From Octopus sinensis (Eukaryota): 64,000 nucleotides of DNA. The translations under genes and the position numbers were made by a program. Under the pieces are notes generated by a model. The model did no database searches. It saw only the letters and a list, made by a program, of their open reading frames with translations, and was not told where the DNA came from. This document shows, one piece after another, positions 26,718 to 39,693 of this stretch (position 1 is its first letter; every line of letters begins with the position of its first letter). The stretch is from the NCBI RefSeq assembly GCF_006345805.1, contig NC_042999.1, positions 33,356,001-33,420,000 of the forward strand, read 5' to 3'.

Positions 26718-26886
26718 GGTATTTCGCCTGTCTTTACGTTCTGAGTTCAAATTCCGCTGTGGCTGACTGTTTCTTTCATCATTTCGGAGTCGATAAATTA
26801 AGTACCAGTTGCGTACTGGAGTCGATCTTATTGACTGACACCCTCCGTCCAAATTTAGAGCCTTCTGCTTAGAGTAGAAAAGAATA
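26718..26886 (+). mobile_element. SINE family A, resumed 3' part after the LINE insertion
   Basis: ggtatttcgcctgtctttacgttctgagttcaaattcc...aattaagtaccagttgcgtactgg. Confidence 0.85.
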
Positions 26887-27513
26887 TTGCGCTTGATAGG
26901 TTTGCTTGTACATAAATATCAAATATATATATTATCTTCGTTACCGACTGACATAATTAGCATATCTTTCGTATTATAGAAGCTAGATCTACACTTAGTA
27001 TTTCTCCAACAAAGTGTATTCATTAAAATCAGAACAAAAGAAAATAGTTGTAGACCAAGTAAAGAGAGCGAGCTATAAATCGAAATCAGTACGACCACTA
27101 AAACGTATTAAATTATGCCAGTTTAAAGTGTAATTATTTTTCTGTTTTCTAATAGCAAAGATCAAGTTACCTAGCTCATGAAATTTAAAACATAAAACCG
27201 ACTATATTCCACGAATAAAGATGATTGTTTTTTAGAGATTTTTTTGTTAAGTCGTGACTTTATGGTTTATTGTACCAGCCGTTACAATTTTCCTCATATT
27301 TTATATTGTTTATCACGTCTACAGATAAAAACAATAACGCAATAAAAGCAATTCCTACTTATAAAGTACGAAAGAACTTCATTTCTTTAATTAATTAGTA
27401 CGATGGTGCCGTGTTATTAATAATCAAGAACACACTATTATTGATTCAAGTTCATACAGAGGATATGAATATATTATATATATATATTATGCGTGTAAGT
27501 GTGTGTGTGTATA

Positions 27514-27625
<112 letters not shown>

Positions 27626-27899
27626 GTGTGTGTGTGTGTATGTACATGTATATGTATATGTATGTATATGTATATAAACCTATCGACGTTCATATTCTGA
27701 GTGCTGTCACGTAATCATATTATACACTTCTGTCTGAAAGTATAAATCTCTTGTGAAAACAATATTTATACCTATAATAATTTCGTAGAAGTAATTGACT
27801 GGAGAACAATATATGCAGTGATCAGTAAGCGACAGAATAACACTGTATACAGTGATCAGTAACACCTCTTTATATCCATCTACTTTTGATATTCATACT

Positions 27900-28500
27900 T
27901 ACAATTTTACTGGTAAACATACTAGCGGACCGTATCGGCAGAAGAACGGGAAGAGTTGATATTGCCCTGCACGATTCATTTACAGCAGATACGAGTATCT
28001 CCTTCTCCAATGGTTAAAGTGAATTAGTATCCGCACATAAAAAGACAAACGACTTAGTTGGGCTCCACAGGTCAGCCGAAGTGCAACAACTGTGCTTCGA
28101 CGAATGCCTCAAGAAAGCCAAGTTTTTCAAGGACCAGAGAAAAACTGGTAACATTTTATTGATGGGTGATTTCAATCTCCCTTTTATTGACTGGACTACA
28201 CATACGCTGAAAACATGTGTGTGCATTTCAACCCCAGAGAAAACAGCAATGGAATCATTGTTCATATTCATGGACGAATTCTCCCTGTCTCAATTCGTGC
28301 TCGTGCCAATGAATTTCAACAAAAGACCCTGCACTTAGTATTAGGTAACCATACAAACACTATCCTTGATATTGCAGTTGAGAAAATTCGTTTCTCAGAC
28401 CACGATATTGTTTTTGTAGCGTCAGGTTTCGGTAGCCTAGAGAAAAACCAGAATTTCACACAGCAGCGCACCGTTTTGATCCCTTGCATGTCCATAAGAC
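27900..28500 (+). mobile_element. LINE (CR1-like) APE endonuclease fragment
   Basis: ILLMGDFNLPFIDW and FSDHDIV motifs in broken frames. Confidence 0.7.
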
Positions 28501-28666
28501 TAACTGGAAGGAATTCACCTTCATCACCTACATCCTTTACAAACACACACACACAGACACACACAGACACATACAGACACACGTGCGCGTTTATACATAT
28601 ATGTCAGTGTGAGTGTGTGTATCTATATACATATACAGATAGATAGATGGATAGAAAGATAGATGC

Positions 28667-28785
<119 letters not shown>

Positions 28786-28865
28786 TTATATAAAATAAAT
28801 AAATATTACGGTGATGTACTTGCATAGCACGTGACCTGATCTGAGATTGTGTGCTCAAACAAAAC

Positions 28866-29074
28866 CAATTGCAGCGTGGAAGGTGTTTATAAACCATTTA
28901 GAATACACAAAAATCTTTAGATTCATTTCCTCATTTAAATTTAATTTGTCAGTGAACAGGTAGCGGTTTCAAAGCGACGAAAATATTTTGAAAAATTAAA
29001 TTTAGATGTTGCAGTAAATCTAACGTTTTTTGTGTTTTAAAAATGGCTTATAAACATCTTCCACGCTGCAATTG
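28866..29074. repeat. Fold-back with imperfect arms of about 85 bp
   Basis: caattgcagcgtggaaggtgtttataa... versus ...ttataaacatcttccacgctgcaattg. Confidence 0.85.
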
Positions 29075-29191
29075 ATTATAAATAAATATGTGTATGTGTA
29101 TGTTTGTGTGTTATGTTGTGTTCGGTCGCGCATGTGTGAGTATGATATTCTATTGAAGATGCTTACGTGCACACATTCATACTTATGGTGT

Positions 29192-29548
29192 AAGCACTCC
29201 GTCTGTTACGACGACGAGGGTTCCGGTTGATCCGAATCAACGGAACAGCCTGCTCGTGAAATTAACGTGTAAGTGGCTGAGCACTCCACAGACACGTGTA
29301 CCCTTAACGTAGGTCTCGGGGATATTCAGCGTGACACAGAGAGTGACAAGGCCGGCCCTTTGAAATACAGGTACAACAGAAACAGGAGGGATAGTTGTGG
29401 TTAAAGAGTACAGCAGGGATCACCACGATCCCCTGCCGGAGCCTTATTGTTTTCGATCAATAAACATTCACAACGCCCGGTCTGGGAATCGAAACAGCGA
29501 TCCTATGACCGCGAGTCTGCTGCCTTAACCACTGGGCCATTGCGCCTC
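29192..29548 (-). mobile_element. tRNA-derived SINE family C
   Basis: Minus-strand head gcgcaatggcccagtggttaagg..tttcgattccc; highly similar to 54613-54991. Confidence 0.9.
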
Positions 29549-31816
29549 ACTTATGAATATACACACAATATAAATAAAAAATGTTAGACGCATTGAAATT
29601 ATCTTCCTCTTGTGAGAAGATAAACATACATTTAACGGCAACTTCTACCAACTCCGAATGAGAAAGTTCTTCAAATAACTATCTGCATTAACTTATCTTC
29701 AAGTGAAAACCGTTATTTATTTTCTGTTTCAATATCTAAGGAGGCTGTGATTGACAACACCATCCCCAACGAGAGCCGTATGTCAGCCAAGCTACGTCTT
29801 CGGCAGTTATTACTCATAGTTTCAACATTCGCAAAACTAGTAGAGAACATACCTGTGGGTGGCAAAATTGAATAACAAATGAGGTAAAGAAAACAATTTA
29901 AAATATGCAGCAGCAGCAGCAGCATCAAAGACGAAAACAGTAATATTATATGCATGTAAGCGTGTGTATGTATGTATTTATGCGTGTGGGTGTTTGGTTT
30001 TGAAATTGTAGAATTTGAAGCAATTTACGTATCGGTATAGAAGTGGAATTGTTGCAAGTTAGATCAGTTTTATCTCTATGTTTCTGAAGCGATTCCCTAG
30101 AGCTTCTCAAACTTCCTTTAAAAAAAAAATAATGAATAATCCGAATTGGAAATCGATATACTTAAACAGTGGAAGCATCTAGACGATTAAATCAGTCTGA
30201 TAGCAAAACCATAGCCTCTCAAACAACATTTACCCCTTCCTATATCATCGATTCTCAAATGAAAGCAATAGATTTTAAAATGAAATCATAAAATGTGAGC
30301 TATCTCTGAGGATTATATATAATTCTTTTTCCAATGATCTGCACTTACGGAATGAAAAACAAATGATTATTTAAGCTGTAGAAATTTGTAAGAACTGTTT
30401 ATCCGTAACATTCAAAATATGTTTTTAATGTAAACAGTTTGGCGTATGTCATTCACACCTTTTTTGTTGATGACTTTCAGAAGAAAATAATATAGCTGAA
30501 ACCTACATCTGTCACTAGAGTTTGCGATTTGTATATTTTGAAAGGAAAACAATATATAAAAGAAATAGTGTACGTTAAAATACAATTTAGTAAACGCGGC
30601 CGCATATCATAGTAGATAAATATAAAGACAATATATTAGAGATTTTAAATATGATGTCTATAGATTAATAATATACGGCCATTACGAATAACAAGCTATA
30701 TAGCTTTTGGCCTGTATGCATATGTGTTTACGTCTATTTTATTCTGACAACGCCCACCGCCGCACCTACAAAAGTACTCAAACGTTAACCTGGATAGATG
30801 GGAACTATTCAAGAAACTAATTAGCAGAGAATATGGTAGCTTTTTTCTCTGGTTTGCATTCCTGAAGATCGGCTCTATTTAATAGTGTGAAGACCTTTTA
30901 TGAATTCCATCGCAATCACCTGCTAATTGAACGAAATGCATCTGCTGATTGACACATCATCTAAACACCTTTATGTCCATGCTGCGGCATAAAGTTTAAA
31001 TTTGTCTGACATTTTCTCTTCAGACTCAGAGCAATACAATGAAGTATAGGACATCAGAATGAAGATACAATACATGGTACAGTGTGGTGATGTGTGCCAG
31101 TTCACCGCCTTAATTTGTATTAATCTGTAACAACAATATAAATTTATGTTAGATCAAATTTCTAACATCAGAAAAGTAATCTTATGGCAGAAACCGCAAG
31201 ACTCTGATTTAAACGGTTGCAAAATTGTATGCTTATGTTGCTAATACAGGTTCTCATTTCAAATTCCAATTTAGAAAGTACAACAAATAACAATTGTATG
31301 TAGACGTATATTGAATCAAATTACCAACTGTTGGATTCTGAACAATAATTATTACATATGGATAATTAAATCCGGGATATAATTTACTGCTTTCAAGAAA
31401 TTAGTCAACCGAATTAGAAGATAAATATCTCAGCAATAATTTGCGAGGATACTTATTCATGTACGTTTTTGCTTTCATTAATTACCACGTAAAGCAATTA
31501 TTTGGGCAAGTAATAATTAGATTAGATGCCATTCAGTTACATTATATCTAAATTAAGCACAGAACTGCAAAAAGATGCATGGATTATTAATGAAGATTGC
31601 ATTAGTTCATGAATAACTTTATGAAACTGGCCCCGAAAGTATGACACAAAATGCTTTCCTCCTGCTCATTTGAACTCAAGACCCAAATGAGCACAAATAA
31701 ACACCAGAATACATATAAAATAACGGATATTATATGAATGTTTGACACACCAGCTTTAGTAACTTTTCAATGTTGTTCACATTAGTGCCATTGTAAATAT
31801 ACGTGTGTGAGTGCTA

Positions 31817-31855
<39 letters not shown>

Positions 31856-32002
31856 AAATAGAAAGATGAGTAATCTTGTTGCAGATTAATCAAAAGTTTA
31901 ACCGATACCTTGGTAGCAAAAATCACAGCAGAAGACAGCACGGTTGGAGGTACAACCATATGGTGTTGCAACCATGCGTTGGTGCGGATAATTGAATTTT
32001 AA

Positions 32003-32139
32003 TATTATTAGTGAATTGAAGAAATGGAGTTGAACAAAGATTGAACAGAAAACATTGTGGCTTTCGAAACACGTGTAGAATGCAATAAAACGATTTCTGT
32101 TCAATCTTCGTTCAACTCCATTTCTTCAATTCACTAATA

Positions 32140-32142
<3 letters not shown>
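32003..32142. repeat. Near-perfect 49-bp inverted repeat enclosing a hammerhead 3' half
   Basis: Arms differ by about 1 nt. The loop contains GAAAC-ACGT-GTA and aataaa. Ends in (AT)n. Confidence 0.85.
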
Positions 32143-32223
<81 letters not shown>

Positions 32224-32585
32224 TGTGTGTTATTTATATATGAATAGAGAAACAGACAGACAAACAGATAGATAGATCATCCGCCCACATACTCAATTTA
32301 TGCATGTTGGTCGTTCGTCTAAATCGAACGATTAAGCATCGTAAAGTAGTTGTTTCATTCCGTTACGAGGGTTTTCCGATTCTAATCCATTTCTGAACAT
32401 TGCAGCAACCACTATGTGCGTGGATATTACTGGACGGAGAAAGTGAAAACTTATCATACATTTGTGTCACACTTGCTGAGACTTAGATGAAAGGTATATA
32501 GATCTGAGGTGGGAGATACTCGTCCAAGGTTGTGCTAATTGAATTCGCAAGTAACTTATTTCAACGAAATAGAGAACCCATACAT

Positions 32586-32715
32586 ATAGGCAGACGTGTG
32601 ACTATGTGAGACAAAGCTCGCCTTCCAGCCTAATGGTTCGGGGTTCAGTGCCACTACATGGTACCTTGGGAAAGTGTCACCCACTATAGCCTCCGGCCGA
32701 TCAAAACTTTGTGGC
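32586..32715 (+). mobile_element. SINE family B 5' half
   Basis: ataggcagacgtgtgactatgtg..ggttcagtgccact..ccttgggaaagtgtc. Confidence 0.7.
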
Positions 32716-34045
32716 TACTAAATTGGATCTTCCACAATTTGAAACGAAGATATTATGCACATTTAAACTCGTTTAAATATAAAGAGAATAGCAATTCCTA
32801 ACCACTAGCCATCCATGTACACCATCTAATTTATAGAAAAATATAATATAGATATCCCTGGGCTATAATAGCCTCTGGTATCTCGTATCAGGGCTAACAC
32901 TTTATTTGTGGCTTCTGCTTAAAAGAAGACCTCAAAATTTTATCCAATAATTCACCACAATTACACAATAAAGACAACGAAGCCCTCACTTCTTCCGCAC
33001 TTTTAAATTATTTCATAAATGTAAATGTAAGTCCCTCCTGAATAATATCCTCATACAAACCTCCGTAACCATTAACACATAAGCCCTCCATTTCTCTTCT
33101 ATCTACCTTAACTCATCACTTAAAGATAAATATTAATTCTTTAAATTATTTTAAAACTTTAACATAATAAGTCCTCTAGTATTTAATACTAATTCCTTCT
33201 AGATAAATTAACATTCAACTAGATTCTCCATTCTCGACTACCTACACACCCATAACTCTATTGCTACAAATAGCTCTACAACCACTGACTTTAGCCAGAA
33301 CATACACAAGCGTTTACTACCAGATTTTCTCCCCAACCCCTATAGAGTAGAAGAATACCAGTGGCACCTACTACTCTCTTTAAATTCTTTTCATTTTGTT
33401 CTATTTTGTTTATTTTCTTATATTATCTTCCTCTACCTCTTCTTTGTCTCTCTTACCTTCTCGGTTATCTTTGTACACTATATTTTTAACACTATATGTT
33501 TATATAGTGAGAATTTACAAAAAAACACACAAAAGACGAAGACGGGTATAGGTGTGAGAGGAAGAAAGCAGAGAGGAGGAGGCTTACTTTATCCTAAAAC
33601 CTGTCCTTTATTCCCCCACCGCTCTTTCTACCTCACTTTCAATTTATTTACCTTTCTTCCTTTTTACAACTTTATTGCAAACTCAGCTACTATTCTGTTA
33701 TTGAACGTCATGTTCACGTCGTTTTTATGGATGTTTCCTGGACTTTAACCCACATTGATTTATGCAGCATTTCTCATATATATCTACAACATCGGAAAGT
33801 TGAACTATGCACTTTTATGATTCTATTCTCTCTTCATCCCCTTATTCCTTTACTCCTGTCCTCTATGTGGTCTTTTCATTAAATCTATACCCTTCTCATT
33901 TTCCCCATTTGTCTCCGATGACGGAATATGCCATACACTGGGATATCCCAGAAACAGCTGTTAGACTTTGAATTTTTCCAACAATAATAATGTATATAAC
34001 TTGAGATGTTTGCCTTGCGTTAGTCTGTTGTACTCTTTAGCAATT
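32716..34045 (+). mobile_element. 5'-truncated Penelope-like element: GIY-YIG remnant, long 3' region, hammerhead, (AT)n
   Basis: IGSS / LKRRYYAHLNSFKY..W..I..Y..CGFCLKE..IL (about 32722-32945, with stops) has the same pattern as the 36784-37060 ORF. Confidence 0.7.
33911..33966 (+). ncRNA. Minimal type-I hammerhead motif (CCGATGA core), degenerate
   Basis: gtct-CCGATGA-cggaatat..atatccca-GAAA-cagctg-TT-agac: stem I gtct/agac, palindromic stem III, imperfect stem II. Confidence 0.6.
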
Positions 34046-34050
34046 ATATA

Positions 34051-34119
<69 letters not shown>

Positions 34120-36082
34120 CTGTCTGTTCTTATAATGTTGTTTTTTTTCTGGCTGGAGACATCCGGTCAATGTGTCTGACGACTTACGTATACATCGAAG
34201 TGCTTTATAGGTGCAAATCCAATGAGCGCACTGAGTGGTCATAACAAGCAAACTCCTACATATTAGAGGCCTAATATTTGAAAGTATTCTTCTTCTCTGG
34301 TATTTGAACTACTGTCCGACATATATCTATATCCATATCTATATCTATTAATCACTTATCTCGCTAACAAGCTAAATATCTCTCATTCTATCTATCTATG
34401 TATTTATCTCTCCCACTCTTTCTGTATATATATATATGATTAAATTTAAATATAATTAAATTATTTTATATTTACGGCACACTTCACGACATATTTGAAG
34501 TGAGTGAAACATATTTTTATCGTTTTGTATATTTATTTTTAATTATTTTTATGTCTGTAATCATGTTGCTTTAGATATAGCAGAAATTATTTAGTTTGGA
34601 CTTGAAAAAAGAAGAATATTGTATTTTATCGACTAACTGAATGTATTTGTTTGTACCAGACATTTCAACCACTTCTGCAAGTATCTTATTGTTATATTTA
34701 GGGAATCATTACTGATTGTTTCAGATTTTATCTATTCGGCAGTAAACAATTATAAATTATTTTTTTTATATATTTTTCTCTTAATAGGTTCTCAGAAGCA
34801 TATTTCTGAGTGGATAACAAACAAATTTTATTAATGACTGTTATCTATACGAATGGATAAGAAATGCATATCAATAAGTGGCTTTTATCAATAGAACATA
34901 AATCTGGACAAATTATGTTTATTAATGGCTAATGGTTATTGGAGTGAGTTTCAGTTGCAATAAATTTCCAATTTAAATATCTGAATATATGTGCATAAAC
35001 ATTTAATTTAACATCGGTTATCAGTAATGAATTATCCATCTTGTTCACCACATCACGGGAATATAAAGAGCTAATAAGCTACTTGACAAAGCACAACGCT
35101 TATATCTTAGGTAATTACGATCAATTTGTAACATTTTATTCTAATCACATTAAATTTCCGTTGTCAAGTATGGAATTAATCGATAAATTCATTACGGTTT
35201 GACTTAAAAAATCATGTACGGAAATGTAGTTTCTTTTCTATTTATGTATGTCACGATAAATATGCAAATACAAATATCAAACATATGATTGAATTAATTG
35301 ATCATACAGATTTAATATCAAGAAAAGTTATGCAGATGAAGTAACATAAAACAGACATTTTACTCCAATTTCATAAACTTTAAAAACACTTGCTATGCCC
35401 GGCCAACATACATACACTGGTTTTGTTATATATTATTTCATGTAACTATTTTCGGCTATTGTGTAACATCCATACTGAGAGATTGACTCTAGGGGTTTAC
35501 ACGATCAAATCAACGCAGTTACTAATTTTAGCATTTTATTTATTATGTTGATATGAATATATTCCGTCTCACTAGCTTACTCCTTTTAATAGACAGTCAG
35601 CTATGATGTAGAAATAACCACGGTGAATGGCAAGCACTATAAATAATGAAACAAATTCAGATAGAAGGATAAAAATATCATAATACATTTGGAGTTTATA
35701 CAATAACCCACAGAACCAGAGGATTGATTATAGAGGCTATGATCATAACACAACGCAAATTTACAATTTACATACACACGTTTTGGATAGGAATACAAGA
35801 ACAAAGGAATGTAACGCTTCAATGGTAAATTTCTGGCACGAATATCCGTATTAATACAAGCCGCTCACTATGCAAGTGTTAGTATAGAGGTCAACAACAC
35901 ACATCCTACCACTAAGGCTGCGACAGCCAGGAGAAATTCAAGGGTCTCTTACGAGGATTTAAAAAGATGTTTTTAATGAGAAAATATACTAGTTGTCAGC
36001 CATTTGGAATTTGAATGACAGAAGTTGATACTGTAAGGTGAGCTACGAGGTAGATGACGTGATGTCGTAGCATGGTGTTGGC

Positions 36083-37357
36083 ATATGGGTAACAGTTAGT
36101 TGGAAAATACCGCATAGCGAACAGGAAATTAACAACGTGGAGGACAGGAAATAGAGCACATGTCGATTAAAAATAAATCAGGTTGCTCGGGGAGGGGTTA
36201 TTGGAGAAAGTAGGAGGGGTGGAATTTGCAAGTATATAGTTCTATATGTGTTTGTGTGAACACGTTCATATAGATTAGCGTGCATGTGGATATTGATGCG
36301 AGTGTGGACATATGTACATGGACGCGCACATACACACGTCTGCACACGCACACACAAGCACAAATTTGAACGAACATACATGAACGCACAGGCACACACA
36401 TACACGTGCATACGCACGCATACACACACATTCACGCATACAGAGACGTGCGTATTCTTCATTCATATGCACATATGTACATTCACATGCATGTAAGCAT
36501 GCATATCAGTGTACGTTTACACACGCATGAGAGTGCTCTTGTGCATTCTCACCAGCGCGTAGTGGGGTATACACGCGCTAAACAAGCGTTGGGGATTGGT
36601 ATGCGCTGGGGATTCATAAAAGTTGGGAACTGGTAAATGGCGGTCCTTCTCATGGGGTTGTTTGGCAGCGGTCACCTTCGTGCAGGCGGTGTAGTGTAGC
36701 AGCTTGTGCTAAGGTGATATAGGCGGGTTGTCGGCAGTCCGATGCCTGAAATTTGCGAGAAGCGCGCATCTCTGGTGAGGGCATTACGATAAATCATTTT
36801 TCTTGTTAATGGATTCTGCAGGCTGTTGGAGGATATACAGTTTTTTTCGGAGGCAGAGCTGGCAGTTGGAGGCGCCTGGTGAATACGGTGGCGCTCTATC
36901 GACAATAGTCCATTTGATGCTGGGTATTTCGTCTCGGAGATCACGGAGTCTCCAGATGAAACGAAACAGGGAAGTAAAGTTCCTTTTGTCCCTGGATCTG
37001 AACGACTGCATACGCTGGGAGTATCTTCCCTTGAAGTCATTAGCTGCCATACCCACATAAGTGCCAAGTAATGCCATCGGATGGTGTATGGGTGGAAATT
37101 CACGTATGTGTATGTGTGTGTGCAGACGGGCGCACCAATGTACAGATGAGCACGCTCGCATTAATATACACAAGCAGGCAAAACTATATGAACGCGTCTA
37201 CACACCCACATATAGAGCTATATACTTGCACATGCCACCCTTTCCAACTTTCCCCCCAAAAAACCTGACCAATTTCTAATCGCCGTGAGCTCCTGTCTTC
37301 CACGAGGTCAATTTCCTGTTAGCTATGCAGAATTTTGCAACTAACTGTTACCCATAT
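36083..37357 (-). mobile_element. Penelope-like GIY-YIG endonuclease fragment between diverged inverted repeats of about 260 bp
   Basis: TYVGMAANDFKGRYSQRMQSF..TSLFRFIWRL..IKWTIV..Y..CQLCLRKKLYIL..INKKNDL. Segment 36083-36355 is an inverted, diverged copy of 37110-37357. Confidence 0.8.
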
Positions 37358-37589
37358 GTTTCTTTATTACCCACAAGGGGCTAAACATAGAGGGTACAAA
37401 CAAGGACAGACAAACGGATTAAGTCGCTTACATCGACCCCAGTGCGTAACTGGTACTTAATTTATCGACCCCGAAAGGATGAAAGGTAAAGTCGACCTCG
37501 GCGGAATTTGAACTCAGAACGTAACGGCAGACGAATTACAGCTACGCATTTCGTCCGGCGTGCTAACGGTTCTGCCAGCTCGCCGCCTT
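37358..37589 (-). mobile_element. SINE family A, single unit with 16-bp TSD
   Basis: taactgttacccatat at 37342-37357 and 37590-37605. Confidence 0.95.
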
Positions 37590-39002
37590 TAACTGTTACC
37601 CATATACAAACATCAAACTTCTACACCGCGTGACCCTCTCCTTCTTGAATATTTCGTTTGTTACTCAGTTATTTCCTATATCCCACAACAAGTGTCCCCA
37701 CAGTTTGTTACTTATGTTATTTCTTTCTCCGATATGAATCTCATCTTTGTTAAAAATACTTGAGACTTGATGGCTGTTCTCGGCGGTTAACGATTTGTCA
37801 TTTCTTAATTGCTTGTCAGAAAATTTATTGTAGAATTGGAAATTGTATGTGCTTATACATAACACATATATTTATATGTGTGCGCGCGTGAGTGTTTGTG
37901 TGTGTGTTGATGTGTGTATGGGTAGAAGCACAAATACATAAATATATGAATATAAACATATCTATATATTAAAGTATTTCATTTAAAATTTAAATTACAT
38001 AGCTAATTAGTGTCGAGCAATGTGTATTATTAATTAGTATCGAAAAATGTGTATTATTCTTCATATTATTGACCTCATACGAGGTGAAATTGCTTGTAGA
38101 ATATCTTGCTACATCATTTTACGTACATTTCCTCAACAACGAATTAAAATTACGTACATAATATAAATCATATAATCACCTATTATTGTCAAGTCTTCTG
38201 TGTTTTATAAATTCTTATGAAGTATTACCAGAATAGTAGCATTACTTCGTTTATGAAAATAACAACCAGCATTGATTTGCATGAGAAGGTAGATTATAAT
38301 TGAGATTGAGTGATATACGCGAGGTAAGAAAGAGATTGGGTTTTGCCACAGACTCGTTGATAATGAGGACCTATTCAACCTAATTCACCAGGTTAATCTC
38401 ATTAGAGATCGTTATCAATGGCGTATATTTGTATTGGGTGCACTGCCACTCCCAGTGCCACTAAATGTCAAGTAGGAGTATAACAAAACATTTGTGATTA
38501 AATTTATGAATACGATTAATATTTATAATGAAATTGTCATTTTCGACAGGTGTGCAGCTCACGCCTAGCACACCCGAAATAAACTTCACTGAATGTTATC
38601 TTTCCTATAAATGTTTCTACTCAATATTATATATTCACTGACAATGCCATTGAATGCACCTGTACACATACATGGTGGAAACAAAGTTTATATCTAGTCA
38701 TTCTGTAACTTTATATCATCTCACTCAGCTATCTTCAATAGTGTGTCTATATTTTGCATGCACGCGTGAATCTGTCTATACTTATGTGTGCAGTGTGTCC
38801 TGTATGGTATTTAGTTTATGTGTGATACTCTGCGTATGCGTATGTGTCTATATTCTTTATCGAGTTCGGATTTGTTTCCCCATATATCAAGTCACGAACT
38901 ATGTTTCATATTGTAATACATGAGTCAGATAATTTCGAACAATCAAGTCAGTGTGTGCACTAGCAAGATCGTTACTTAGTAACATAAGCTGTTCAAACAT
39001 TG

Positions 39003-39152
39003 GTTGTGTGGTAAGCAGCTTGTTTACGAACCACATGGTTCCGGGTTCAGTCCTATTGCGTGGAACCTTGGGCAAGTGTCTTCTACAATAGCCTCGGGCC
39101 GAACAAGCCTTGTGAGTGGATTTCGTCGACGGAAACTGAAAGAAGCCCGTCG

Positions 39153-39224
<72 letters not shown>

Positions 39225-39420
39225 TTGTGTGTCTATGTTTGTCCCCTCAACATCGCTTGACAACAGATGCTGGTGTGTTTATGTCCCCGTAACTTATCGT
39301 TCGGCAAAAGGGCCCGATGGAATAAATACTAAGCTTACAAAGCATAAGTCCTGGGAGCGATTTGCTCGACTAAAGGCAGTGCCCCAGCATGGCCACAGTC
39401 AAATGACTGAAACAAGTAAA
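39003..39420 (+). mobile_element. SINE family B without nested insert
   Basis: tRNA-like head, AT/GT tract, tail ggcagtgccccagcatggccacag. Confidence 0.9.
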
Positions 39421-39693
39421 CAGTGAGGGTATGCATTTATATATGTGCGTCTCTCTACTTGCGGCCAAAGCATCTCGCAAGGTGTCACTTTTTAACGAGT
39501 TCATAGAAACCAGAGTTTGAATTATAAATTAAAGACGTATACTTGGGAAATATCTCCATAGTAGATGATGTGTATGGAACAGGCAGATAAGTTACAGTCC
39601 CTGGGCACTAATAAAAATATATTAGAATATGAAATGATTTATATATTGTTCAGCAACAATTTAGATTCAAATGAATATGGTACTTAATTTAGA

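Noticed and set aside
34165-34210. CTGACGA followed by a weak hairpin
   Set aside because: No GAAA, stem III or stem I partner.
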